Shown piece after piece: positions 8,684 to 21,996 of a stretch of 32,000 nucleotides of DNA. How positions within the stretch are numbered: the first letter of the stretch is position 1; each line of letters begins with the position of its first letter. The position numbers and the translations under genes are program-made. The stretch covers positions 30,001 to 62,000 of the forward strand of contig NZ_CP065581.1 of the NCBI RefSeq assembly GCF_018389705.1. The letters run 5' to 3'. The notes below the pieces were generated by a model, which saw only the letters and a program-made list of their open reading frames with translations, was not told where the DNA came from and made no database searches. Source of the DNA: Mycoplasma mycoides subsp. capri. Its GTDB lineage: Bacteria > Bacillota_I > Bacilli_A > Mycoplasmatales > Mycoplasmataceae.

Positions 8684-11600
8684 TAATCAAGAGCAATAAT
8701 TCTATTAATTGATCAATAAGAATTGTTTTTATTTTTTAATAATTTAACTTCAAATTTAGTTCCTAGTTGTTTTGATCTAGTTGTATTTGAAGTTTTTAAT
8801 CTTATTAATTGATAATTAATTTCTTTTTCACTACTATTTAAGATTTTAGTTGATCAAGCATTTTTATCATAATATTTAGTTGCAATTTGATCTTCTTGTT
8901 TTTTAAGTTCTTTATCTTTTTTATCTAGTACAAAATTAAAGACATTTAAAATAGAAACTGCATCTTTTTTATTTTCAATTGATAATTCATAGTTTGGATC
9001 ACTTGATGATAATCCACCAAACAAAGTACCAAATACATAACCTAATGAATCTTTAATATAAGAAGTTTTATCAGGGTTTATTCCAAATAATATATGTAAA
9101 GGAGAATAAGATAAATCGTTTTTTAAATTAGTTCTATTAACAGTATAAGCAATATTTGAACCATTAGTATAAAAATGAATTTTATCTCAATTATAATATG
9201 ATTCTTTTGGTCTATGATTTAAGGCATCTTTTGATACATCACTACTATTATCATGAGTATCAAATCCATAAGCTAATGCTTTTAAAATAGTTTTTCTATT
9301 ATCTTGATCTGAAAGTTTATTGTACATAAAATCATACTTTTGTAACTCTTTTTTATATTCAACACCAACTTTTGTTGTTAAAGCAGTAAGAATTTTTCCA
9401 ATACTTGATATGTTTAATCCAATCGATCTGTTAGGATATTTAGTTAAATAATCATTAAAGTATTTAGCTAAAATTTCTAAAAGTTGAACTACAGTTCTAT
9501 TATTTAAACTTTCTATTTTGAATTGTTTTAATAATAGTTCTGGAAGTGTGATTTTTAGATCTCTTATTTTTGATATGTTTTCAAAATCTTGTATTTTTTT
9601 AGCAAAAGATTGAATTTTAGAATTTCATTTTTCTTTTATTGCTTTTAAATTTTCAAGGTTTTGATTTTTTATTACTAGTCTAATTATAGATAGTAGTGGG
9701 TTGTTATTATCATCAGTTTTTTGAAGTAAAAAATTAATTCATTTATAAACAAAGTCTAGTATTACATTACCATTATATAAACTTTCTGATAAGTTAAATT
9801 TCAATTCAGTTGAACTATTATAAATTTTTAAATGCTCTTGTAAATTATTTAAGTATTTTGAAAATTCTTCTTTTATCTTTTCTTCTTTTTGTATAAATTT
9901 ATTTTTTACAAGAGTTTGATTTACAGATCTAATTTTATTTAATAAAGGATTAATTTTATCTTTTGCAAATGTCTGTAAAATTCATTTTAACGCACTACTT
10001 TTATAAGGCATTTCTAATATGTCATAAACTTTTTCTATATTTAATAACACAACAGAAAAAGGACCAAAGACCTTAACACTTATTAAATTTTTATTCTCTA
10101 AAATATTTTTAAAACTATTAATAACTTCAGATATGTTTTTTACTATAATAGACAAATCTAAATTAATATCATTTGATAAAAAGAAAATTTCTTTTCAGTA
10201 TTTTGAAATATTTAAAGACAAACTATTTAGTGAAATTTGTACATTTTTAATAGTGTTTAAAATAGTTTTTAAAATTCCATTTTCACCAAATAATTCAATT
10301 TTTGCTGTAATACTTGCTAATCTTCATCATTGTCAACCAGCTGATATTTCTAGTGTGTTATTTTTAACTTTAACTTCTCATTCACCTAGTGGTTTACCTA
10401 GTTCATTAACTTTTGTTTTAACAATATTTATTATTTTTTGTTCAATTGTTTTTTTAAGAGATTCATCACTTAATGAATGTTCTATGAATTTTACTAATAT
10501 ATCTAATGAATTTGAAATTGTATTTAGTTTACTTTCAATTCAATTGATTAAATCAAAAATTAAATTACCAGTACCAATATTTGAAAGTATAGAATTTGAA
10601 TCATTAAAAATCTTATTCTTATCAAAACGTCTAAAAATAAAGTCATAAAACCTATTAAAACTATTTTTATCTTTTAAAACTTTTAAAACACCATTTATTA
10701 AAATACTTAAATCTAGTTTGTTTTTAGTTAGTGCTAAAAAATGATTATTGTCTAATTTTTGATCTAATAAAACACTAGGATCTTTTATTTCTTCATGAAC
10801 TGTATAATATAAACCAAAAAAGATTTCAGAATATAAATAAGTTGCTATATAAGGCATAGTTTTATCAATTAATTGCAGTGCTTTTTGTTTTAGTTGTTTT
10901 ATATTATTTGAATCAAAAATAAATTTAATTTTTTCTAAAAGTTTGTCTAAGTTTTTAAGATCTAATTGGCTAGTTGCTAGATCACTTAAAATTTCACTTA
11001 AAGAATCCAAACCTAAATCTGTTAAAACATAATCTAAAGCTTCAGGTATTTTATCTGCTTCTATTTCTTTACTAAATTCTTTTTTATTAGAAATAACAGC
11101 TGCTATTTGATTAATATTTTTAATTAATGCTTGTTGTACAGTTAAATTATTATAATGATCTTTTTCTAGTTGTTTTGGAGTTAAAATTTTTCCTAAATAA
11201 CTAAATAAATCTTTATTATTTTCAATTAGATCAGCAAATTTAGTTAATCCATTTTTATAGTTTATAAAATTAGGATCATCTCTATTATTTATAACTGTAT
11301 TTTGTATAAAAGATAATCCTAAAGAAGCTAAAGAGGGTGCAAAACCGTTTAAAAATTTTTCAAGAGATTTGCTTATACTAAATAAAAAATCAATGTTTTG
11401 TGGAGTAATTTCTCCTTTTGAATTTTCTATATTCTTATATTCATTATTATTTTTATATTGTATTTGTAAATTTTTATCTAATACATTAGTAGATGAACCA
11501 AAATAAGTGTTTCAAAGATCAGAAACAGTATCAGTTGAAGTTGTTTTAGTATTATTAGGTCGTCAAATAAAATCGTTACTAAACTCATCTAATAAAGATT

Positions 11601-11832
11601 TTTTTCCGATCTTTTGATTAAGATAATCTTCATTAAGATTTTCTGTTTCTTTTAAGATTCTAGATTGAACTGCATATGAGCTAGCTTGAACGTAGTTTTG
11701 AACTTTGTTAACTATTTTTTGTTTGTTTGAATCAACATAGCTTTTTGCAAAAATTCCAAAACTACTTAAAAAGATAGCAAAAACAGAAATTATAGCTACT
11801 CATCACTTATTATTTTTAATAAACTTTAACAT
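8671..11832 (-). CDS. Large (about 1053 aa) exported/membrane-anchored protein, paralog A
   Basis: Start ATG 11832: MLKFIKNNKWWVAIISVFAILLSSFGIFAKSYVDSNKQKIVNKVQNYVQASS (single N-terminal hydrophobic segment). Continues with many TGA(Trp) codons, ending ...RIIALDYKTA*. Same frame as ORF 10540-11010. Confidence 0.75.
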
Positions 11833-11943
11833 TTGGTTCACCTTTAATTAATTACAACCAACAAACACAAATAAATAGAATTTATCTATTGACATTACTA
11901 CTATGTTTAATATAACACAATTTTAATTTTTTAAAAGTTTATA

Positions 11944-11966
11944 AAAAAACAGCTTTAAGCTGTTTT
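11944..11966 (-). terminator. Intrinsic terminator, duplicate of 8662-8683
   Basis: AAAACAGCTTAAAGCTGTTTTTTT on the minus strand; contains the stop codon of paralog B. Confidence 0.7.
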
Positions 11967-14900
11967 GTAATCAAGAGCAATAATTTTATTAATTGTTCAA
12001 TAAGAATTATTTTTATTTTTTAATAGTTTAACTTCAAATTTAGTTCCTAATTGTTTTGATTTAGTTGTATTTGAAGTTTTTAATCTTTTTAACTGATAAT
12101 TAATCTCATTTTCATTACTATTTAAGATTTTAGTTGATCAAGCACTTTTATCATAATATTGAGTTGCAATTTGATCTTCTTGGTTTTTAAGTTGCTTATC
12201 TTTTTTATCTAAAACATAATTAAAGACATTTAAAATTGAAGTTGCATCAGTTTTATTTTCAATTGAAAGATTATAATTTGGATCACTTGCTGATAATCCA
12301 CCAAATAAAGTACCAAATACATACCCTAATGAATCTTTAATATAAGAAGTTTTATCAACATCAATACCTAATAAAATATGTAAAGGAGAATATGATTGAT
12401 CTTCTTTTAAATTAGTTCTATTAATAGTAAATGGTTTATCTGAACCATTAATATAAAAATCAATTTTATCTCAATTATAATAAGATTCACTAGGTCTAAT
12501 ATTACTAATATTAACTATATTATCACTATAATTATCATGAGTATCAAATCCATAAGCTAGTGCTTTTAAAAGAGTTTTTGATTTATCTTTTAATGGATCT
12601 TTATCATATAAAAAGTTTTTATTTTTATTTTTAGTATTATATTCAACACTAACTTTTATTGTTAAAGCAGTTAATATTTTTCCAATACTTGATATGTTTA
12701 ATCCAATTACTTTATTAGAATTTATAGATAAATAATCATTAAAGTATGTTGTTAAAGTTTGTATAAGTTGATAGATTGTTTGAGTGTTTAAGCTTTCTAA
12801 TCCAAATTGTTTTAAGAAATCTTCAGGTAAATTAATTTTGATATTTTTAATTTTTGTGATGTTTTCAAAGTCTTTAATTTTATTTGCAAGTTCAGATATT
12901 TTAGTAGTTCACTTATTTTTAGTTTGTTCTAGTTTTTCAAGTTTTTCATCTTTAAAAATAGCTCTTAAAATAGGTAATATTGAGTTGTCTTCTTTATTAA
13001 TGTCTTTTGTTAAAAACTCAATTCATTTTAAAGCAAAATCAGAAATTATATTTCCTTCATAAAGACTATTTAATAAGTTGAAATCAGTGATTTCTATTTC
13101 TTCATATTTTTTAATATATTTAGATAGATTTTCTAAATATTGTGGGAATTGCTTTTTTAGTTTTGTTGGATCAGTTATGAAATTATATGTTTTTAAAGAT
13201 TCTAAAAAAGTTTTAAACTTTTCTACTGCTGGTTTTATATCATTTTCAGCCCTTTTATAAACTAGTCCATTTAAAAATTCTTTATTATAAGGAAGAGTTA
13301 AAAAATCATATATAGTTTTTATTTCTACATCTGGTTTTCCAAAAGGTCATAGGGTTGTTAGAGTTTGAGCAATTGTTATATGTATATTCTTATTATCTTT
13401 TAGTAAAGCATCTATATCATTTATTAATTTTTGTAATAAAGACACTGATAGTTTATCTGAGCTTTTTAAATAAAATGTATTTTTTATATATTTAAAAAAT
13501 CAGTCAGATAAATAATCTACGAAGTTATTTAATGATTTTAAAATATTAATTACTTGACTCAATAATCCTGTTTGTCCAAATAAATTAGCTTTTAAATATA
13601 AAGGGGTTCTGATTCCTAAAAAACTAAGAGATATTTCAATTGATTCAGATTTGAATTCAACTTTTCATGTCCCACTATCAATTTTTGGTAATTTTTCTTT
13701 TATGAAACTAACTATTTTTTCTTGTATAGTTTTTATAATATTAGAATCATTTAAAGCTATTTCAGCAAATCTAATTAATATGTTTAATCCATTTGAAAAA
13801 CCATTTAGTTTGTCTTCTAATCAATTTAGTAAGTCATAAATTAAATTACCAGTTCCTTTATTTGAACTTATATTATTTAAATTATTAAAAATTTTATTTT
13901 CATCAAATCTTTTAAAAATAAAATTATAAAATCTTTCAAATCCTTTTTTATCCTTTAATATTACTTCTATTCCATTTAATAAAATACCTAAGTCTAATTT
14001 ATTATTAGTTAAAGCTAAAAATTTATTACTATCAACTTTTTGAACTAACAATTCATTAGGGTCTTTAATATGTTGGTTAGCTGCATAATACAAACCAAAA
14101 AAGATTTCAGAATATAAATAGGTTGCTAAGTGTGGTGTAATTCTATCTAATAGTTCTAAAGCTTTTGTTTTTAAATTCTCAAAGTTTTTTAACGTGAATA
14201 TGTTTTTAATTTTATTAAAAGTCTGTGTTAAATTTGTAGAACCATTTTGACTATTAATTAATTCACCAATAATTTCACTTAAAGAATCTAGACCAAGTTC
14301 TGTTAGAAATTTGTCTAAAGCTTCAGGTATTTTATCTTCTTTTACTTCTTTACTAAATTGATGATCATTTGAAATAGCAGCTGCTATTTGATTAATATTT
14401 TTAATTAAAGCTTGTTGCACAGTTAAATTATTATAATAATCTTTTTCTAGTTGTTTTGGAGTTAAAATTTTTCCTAAATAACTAAATAAATTTTTATTGT
14501 TTTCAATTACATCAGCAAACTTATTTAATCCATCTTTATAGTTTTTAAAGTTAGGTTTTTCTCTATTATTTAAAACTGTATTTTGTATAAAAGACAATCC
14601 TAAAGAAGCTAAAGAGGGTGCAAAACCATTTAAAAATTTTTCAAGAGATTTGCTTATACTAAATAAAAAGTCAATATTTTGAGGAGTAATTTCTCCTTTT
14701 GAATTTTCTATATTTTTATATTCATTATTATTTTTATATTGTATTTGTAAATTTTTATCTAATACATTATTAGGTGAACCAAAATAAGTATTTCAAAGAT
14801 CAGAAATAGTATCAATTGAAGTTGTTTTAGTATTATTAGGTCGTCAAATAAAATCATTATTAAACTCATCTGATAAAGATTTTTTTCCGATCTTTTGATT

Positions 14901-15113
14901 AAGATAATCTTCATTAAGATTTTCTGTTTCTTTTAAGATTCTAGATTGAACTGCATATGAGCTAGCTTGGACATAATTTTGAACTTTGTTAACTATTTTT
15001 TGTTTGCTTGAATCAACATAGCTTTTTGCAAAAATTCCAAAACTACTTAAAAAGATGGCAAAAACAGAAATTATAGCTACTCATCACTTATTATTTTTAA
15101 TAAACTTTAACAT
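11955..15113 (-). CDS. Large (about 1052 aa) exported/membrane-anchored protein, paralog B
   Basis: Start MLKFIKNNKWW, near identical N-terminal ~100 aa to paralog A (SYAVQSRILKETENLNEDYLNQKIGKKSL). Shared LTPKQLEKDYYNNLTVQQALIKNINQIAA and same C-terminus. In frame with ORF 13821-14597. Confidence 0.75.
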
Positions 15114-15259
15114 TTTGATTTACCTATTAAATTGAATAAAAAATTTATAGTTGTAATATTAAATCACATTTTATTATTATATTATATTATTATGGTTCAC
15201 TATGCTCAATATGGCATAGTTTTTGACTTTTAATAATTAACAATAGAAAAGAAGTTGTC

Positions 15260-18200
15260 ATGAAGAATTTATATCTAATGTTAAAACAAGGGGTTAAATG
15301 AATTTTAAAATTTAAACTTCAATTAGTTGTAATTGTAGTTTTGACTTTCATTGCTTCAAGTATTTTAACAATTTCTTTTACTACTAATAAAAGATTAAGC
15401 TCAGCTTATGATCAAGTTGTTAATAACCAAAAATCGCCAAAATTTGACTCAACATATCAAATAACAGTTGGAAGTAAAGCCAAACCTGAAAAAGGAGATC
15501 CTTTATTTATTCCTATATTTGATTTTGTAGATAAGCAATATACTGGTTTTAAAGATGAAGGTTATGATAATTTTAATTTAGCTTTTAATGATATATACAA
15601 AAACAAAGACCTTTTAATAATAACAACAAGTTCACAAGAATTTAAAGATGCTTGAGCAAAGAAAAAAGAGGTTTTTGAGTACAAAGAAAATCTTGATGAT
15701 ATAAAACAATTATCTAAAGAACAAGAACAATTTGACTTTGCTATAAATGATGCATTTTTTAATACAATGGCTGAATTATTATCTAAGAATGATCCAGCTA
15801 TTAAAAATACTGTAATTGGAAGATACACTTTATCTAATCCAGATTGATATAAACATTTTTATAATAAAGAAAAAAATATTAAAAGTAACTGATCAGAATT
15901 TATTAAAGATAAACAAAGAATTGAAAATTTAAAAAAATCTAATCCAGATGATTTAAAAACTTATTTTTATTCATATTATGCATTTGAGTCACTTTCTCAA
16001 TATTTCTTTAAAACAATTCAAACATTTTTACAAAATAAAGATAGTGAATTAGCTCAACAATCAAATATTAATAAAGACAATATTCATAAATATTTTTATG
16101 AATTCTTATTTGGTAAATATTTTGATAATAACAAAGCTTCATATAAAGAAGAGTACATTGCAAATAATAATAATCTTTATACTTTAACTTTTGATTCAAC
16201 AGTTTCAAGCAATGAATTTAACAAAATGAATTTTTTAATAAGTTCAGAAAATAAAGAACAAAATTCACAAGATCAAAACTTTTTTAATGAGTTAGTTAGA
16301 AAAGGATTTAAAGGAATTTTAAGACCACTTCAAATCACTTATCAAAATTTTGGTGATCAAGTTGATATAAAAAACGTTGTTCAATATAGTGAAACTCAAG
16401 AACTAAGAGGTTTTGTTTCAAATTCAAATATTTATTCTCAGAATGTAAAAGAACTACCTGAAATATTTAAAAATAATAGTTTTGTAGATATATTAGCTAT
16501 GAATGCTGATCCGTTTGCAAACATTGGTGAAAAATCTGTTAATTTTTATACTAGTAAAACAAATGATCTTGAAACAACAGTTGCTTCAGATTTTCCAATC
16601 ACAGCTGCATTTTTAACTCATCATAAACTGACTGCTTTAGCTAATGGTTATGATTTATACATTAGACCTGAAACTATATTTAATGACCCAATTACTAAAA
16701 AAACATTTAGAATTGTTGATATTACTAATAAAGACTTTACTAATTACATAATTTTAGATGGACAAACTCCAAGTAGTGCTAGTGAAATAACAATAAGTAA
16801 ACAATTTGCAAAAGCTAATAAAATTCAAATTGGTGATCGTTTAACTTTAGGTAATGCTAAAGGATTAATTGTTACAGGTTATGCTGTTGATACATATTCA
16901 TTTTTTCCAACTTCAGATCCAAATGTTCCTTTACCAAAATCTGATTCTGGTGGTTTAATATATGCTGACTTTGCAACTATTAATCAAATTTTAGGTGATG
17001 GAAATTCAGCAACAGGAAATGATCAAACTTCAACATTTAATTTCTTTTTAATTAAAAAAAATAATTCTTTAAATATTAAAAATGTCTTTTTTGATCATTT
17101 TTCAGTAGCAAATAGAATCAGAGATAATATTTTAGCTAAACAAAAAGGAACTGAAATTCAAACATTTTATCAAGAACATGAATTTAGTAACTCTTGATAT
17201 TCTTTAAACTGAACTTTATATCAAAAAATTGCATTTTGATATTCATTAGCTACATTTCTAACGGCTAGTTTAATCGCTCTTGTTTCAGCATTAGCTGTAT
17301 TTGTTGGAGTTATTAAATCAATTCAAGCAAACTCTAAACAAATCGGTATTTTAAAAGCAAATGGAGCTTCAAGTGCAACTATTTCATGATCATATGTTTC
17401 ATATGCTGTGATTTTAGTTTTTATAGCAATACCTTTAGGTTGAATGGCTGGAACAATGTTACAAGTTCCATTTGTTGCTATTTTTAAAGATTATTTTAGT
17501 TTTAAGACAAATGTATTAATTTATGATTGATTAGCTCCTTTAATATCTATTATTATTTTTGGAGTTTTAATTGGAGTATTTTCATTTTTAGTTGCTTTAT
17601 TTCATATTAAAAAACCAGTTCTAGATATTATAAAAAGTTCTAAGAAATGATCTAAACCAAAAATTACAGATTGATTACATAAACGTATTTTTAAAAAACC
17701 TAGATTTGCTACTTTATTAATGTTAAAACTAACTGAATCTGGTAAAAAACCATTTAGTTTGTTATTAGTATTAGTGTTTGTTGGAACTTTATTTGTTTCA
17801 GCTGGTGTAGCTATTCCTAGTGTTACTAAATATGCTAAAGATAATTACTTTAAAAAAGTTAATTATGATAATCAGTATGAAATTTATAATAGTTTATCAA
17901 ATAGTCCATTAGGAAAAGATGTATTTAATTTTTGAAATGGTCATGAACAAATTGATAATACTTATAAAGAAATTAAAGATCCTAGTGGAACTATTAATTA
18001 TTATGAAAATCCAAATAGTTATACTTTATCAAATCAAAACTCTTCAGTTCTACCTCAACTAATTTATAAAATTAATACTAATAAAGACAATGATTCTAAT
18101 AATGCTGAAATCCTTACTCCATATAAATCAATTATTAAAGAATATTTAAAAACTGGAGTTTCTAATTTATATAAAAACTTATTAGATTGAGCTTCATATC

Positions 18201-20647
18201 AAATTAGTATTTCTAATGGTAAAAGTATTTCAATTGGTACAATAGAACAACTTTATGCTTATATTTTAAATGATGCTGATTTAAACGAACGTTTTAAAAA
18301 TGACATAGATAAAGTTAAAGAAACTAATAATGTTACTCAACCTTTAACTCAGTTTGTTGGAGAACTTTTAAAGACTATTTTTAAAGATAAAGTGCAAACT
18401 ACAGGTGAATGAAAAGAAAAAATTTTAAATTTAATTTTAGGTTATTCTCCTTCATTTATTAAATCTTATTTAACAAGTGAATCTAGAAGAAGTCAATTTT
18501 CTTTTGGTTGACAAAAACAAACTATAATTCCACAAAAAGATCAATTAGCAACTATTTTTAAACCTAAATCAAATAATGTTGAAACTAATTATAGTATTTT
18601 AGGATTAGATAAAAATCAACAAACTTATAAGTTAAGTGATAAACAAAAAAATCAGTTATTTTTATCAAATAATCAAGTTCAAAAACTTTATCAAATTATT
18701 AATAATCCTTATGATAAAAATCAAAACAATGATATTTATTTAAATAATATTAAAGTTTATGATCACAAAACAAATACTTTAACTATTCCAACCATTGTTA
18801 ATAAAAACTTAAATTATAAATTAAATAAATTTGGTGATAATATCATTTCAAATTTATCTGCAAACAATATTCAATTATCATATAAAACAAGAAATAATGA
18901 TTTTAATGTTTTACCAAAACAAGCTTGAATATATGATGATTCAGATTATTTAAAAACTGAATATGTAAATAAACATACTAAATGAGAAGATCAACCAATT
19001 CAAATTATTAATAATAAAAACAACAGTTCTTCTTATGGATATGAAGTGGTTGAAAATGATAATGAAAAATACTACTATTTAAATCCTTATAATTTAGATG
19101 TTAATAAATTTACTCAAAGACAAGTTATAGATATTTGATCTAATAATTCAAATAATTCTTTAGTTGCAAAACAACATGAAAATATTGTTGATGAGTCTCC
19201 TTTATTTGGTGATTTTGTAGTTAATAATAATGGACAAATTACAAAATCATTTATAAGACCATATTATCAATTAAGAAACTTATTATTATTTGTTCCAATA
19301 ACTAATCAAGTTAGTTGAGAAGACTTTGCTTTATATGCAAGTGGATGAAGTGAAAGCGCAGAACACGGATTAGATATTAAAAGAGTTATTAGTGATTTAG
19401 ATAAAACTGATGATCATACAAGAAACTATAAATATCCAGCTATTAAAAAACTAAATGCTAGTTTAGTTCCACAATCAGTTAAAAATGGTTGACAATCAGT
19501 AATTAAAGATCTTAAATCTGATACAGCTTATTTAGCTATTAGACCTTATGATTTTTCTATTCAACAAGAAAAATGAGCAAATAATCATTATGAGTATTTT
19601 ATTTTAGATAATAATACTAAAAAAATTCTTGGAGTTAATCCACCTTCAGCTGATAAATCTATTCCAAATATTTTATTAAATTCAGTTCCTCATTTTTATA
19701 GAAGAGCTGTTGGAAAAAGAAAAAGTATTCCAGCAATTTTAAAACTACAAGATAAAAATGTTAGTTATGTAAATAAAGATTTAAAAATCAAATTACAAAA
19801 AGTTGATGATATTGATATTTATGGAAAAGCTTATGCTTTAGTTGATTCTGATTTAGCTAATATGTTGTATGGATTTGATATTAGTAGATCAACTAATTAT
19901 GACTATCGCCCATTTGATACTTCTAAAATTATTAAAAAAGGTGAGTTATTTAATACTTATAAAACTACAAATTGATTAAAAGTAAATAATAAGGATCCTT
20001 GAAAACAAGCGTTTATTAATCAAAAAGACACGTTTAGTTATTCACCACATTATTATTACAATACTATATTTTCAAATTCTAGTGAGCCTTTAATTATTAC
20101 TAGTTCAGTTTCATTAATTTCAGAACAAAGATTAGGAATTGCAATTTTAGATCTAATGAATCTAAGTGATTATAAAGCAGGTATAGTTGATGTTGATTTT
20201 ACTTTTGAAACTAAACAACTATTAAATCAAATAGCTAAAACTGCTATTTATATAGCAATAATTATAATTACAGCCATTATGTTATGTGCTTCATTATTAA
20301 TCATGCTAATAACTGATATTTATATTTCTCAATATAAATCATTTATGATAATGTTAAGATCAATGGGTTATACAAATACTCAAGTAATGTTTTACACACT
20401 TGGAATAGCTACTATATTTAGTTTATTAATTTCATTTATTACAACAATAATTGTCTTTAGTAGTACTTCAATAATTGATAAAGTCTTTTCAGCAAATGGC
20501 TTTTCAATTCCAATTAATGTATATTGAGTATCAGTAGTATTTTGTATTTTACTAATTTTAGTATCATTCTTTACTTCTTTATGAGTTTCAACAAAAAGAG
20601 TAAGAAATGCTGAACCAAGTACAATGCTAAGCGAAGTTGATGAATAA
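15260..20647 (+). CDS. Giant FtsX-like ABC transporter permease (about 1795 aa)
   Basis: In-frame chain of ORFs 15341-15655, 16226-17197, 17720-17935, 20156-20527 joined by TGA(Trp). N-terminal TM; LATFLTASLIALVSALAVFVGVIKSIQANSKQIGILKANGASSATI (FtsX core) and C-terminal MLITDIYISQYKSFMIMLRSMGYTNTQVMFYTLGIA repeated permease domain. Confidence 0.85.
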
Positions 20648-20656
20648 TAAAAGATT

Positions 20657-20685
20657 AAACCAAATACATTGTGTTTGGTTTTTTA
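20657..20685 (+). terminator. Intrinsic terminator of the permease gene
   Basis: AAACCAAA-TACATTGTG-TTTGGTTTTTT. Confidence 0.75.
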
Positions 20686-20692
20686 TTTACTA

Positions 20693-20724
20693 TTGAAAAA
20701 AAAAAAAAAAAAATAATATAATTT
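20693..20724 (+). promoter_or_regulatory. Promoter with poly(A)20 spacer, candidate phase-variation switch
   Basis: TTGAAA (20693-20698), A run 20696-20715 (20 A), TATAAT (20719-20724); spacer 20 nt; the surface-protein gene starts at 20773. Confidence 0.65.
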
Positions 20725-20772
20725 GCATACTATAAAAAATGTTTTTCAAATAAGTAATCAGGAGTAAATTTA

Positions 20773-21969
20773 ATGAAAAAGTTATTGGCTATGTTAAGTA
20801 TTAGTAGTTCTATTTTTTTAATAACAACAGGAATAATCTTAAGTAGTAAAGATAATTATTCAAGTATGGAAACAATAAGTCTTAATGTTAATTATCTTAA
20901 AAGACATAAAATAACAGGAGGAAATAAATTAGAAGAAATAGGTTATTATAAAGAAGGTAATTTAGTTAGAATTGAACATATACCATATAATGTAGAAATC
21001 ATTGCTTGTGATTTACCAAGAGAAATTACGAGTTTGAAAAACGCCTTTGTTACAAGAACAAATGATATACAGTGGACTGTTAAATGAGACACTAGTAATA
21101 TTGTAGATATGAGTGGCACTTTTTATAATACAAGAGAAATTACAGATAAGAGTATTCAAGATTGAAACACTTCAAAAGTTACAAATATGAGTGAAATGTT
21201 TGCTTATTCAAAAGGATTTAACTTAGACTTATCAAGTTGGGATGTTTCTAAAGTAAAAACTATGGAAAAAATGTTTCTTAATGCTGAAAAATTTAATAAT
21301 GGAGAAAAACCTTTAAAGTGGGACAACAAACTAAATGAAGTAACTAATATGAAAAAAATGTTTTATAATGCTTCTAGTTTTAACCAAAATTTAAATAGTT
21401 GAATATTAAAAAAGAATGTAAAAAAAGATAATTTTGGATTAGAAGAATCTAAACAACCTATGTGAAAGGTAGAAGAAACAACATTTTCTACAACTAGTTC
21501 TTCTGCTGATCAACCTGATAATTCATCTAACATTTCGCCAAGAAGCGATGAAATAATAGAACATAATCCAACATCAAATTCTGAATCCGAATTAAATGGT
21601 ATGTCACCTAAAGATAGCGAGAATAATAATCCAACTGAAGATATTAAAAATGAAATAAATAACCAACCTTTAAATGATGAAAATAATAATCATTCTACAA
21701 CACCTATAACTGAAAATGAAACTACAGAAACTGAAAAAACCACTAATGATAGTTCAAATGATTTAAAAAATGATATTTATACAATTCCATCTAATCAAAA
21801 TACTATAAATTCTTCTAATAAGAAATCATCTAAAACATTAGCTATAACAATGGGTGTTTTAGGTTCTGCTACAATTTTAGGAGTAGGTTCTGGAGTTAGC
21901 TATTATTATCGTAGAGACTTAAAAGATTTTTATTTGAAAACTAAAAATAAGATATTTAAATCTAAATAA
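20773..21969 (+). CDS. DUF285/BspA-like repeat surface protein with signal peptide, Ser/Thr/Asn/Glu-rich stalk and C-terminal TM
   Basis: MKKLLAMLSISSSIFLITTG signal; repeats WDTSNIVDMSGTFYN, WNTSKVTNMSEMFAYSKGFNLDLSSWDVSKVKTMEKMFLNAEKFN, VTNMKKMFYNASSFNQNLNSW; C-terminal TLAITMGVLGSATILGVGSGVSYYYRRDLKDF. Confidence 0.88.
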
Positions 21970-21970
21970 A

Positions 21971-21996
21971 AATACAAGAAATCTTGTATTTTTTTA
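21971..21996 (+). terminator. Intrinsic terminator
   Basis: AATACAAG-AAAT-CTTGTATTTTTTT. Confidence 0.75.

Noticed and set aside
10133-13839. Plus-strand ORFs 10133-10648, 12784-13062, 13078-13260 and 13651-13839 inside the paralog genes
   Set aside because: Antisense shadows of long minus-strand coding regions with low-complexity composition and no recognisable motif.
15562-15828. Minus-strand 88-aa ORF
   Set aside because: Antisense to the start of the permease gene, no supporting motif.
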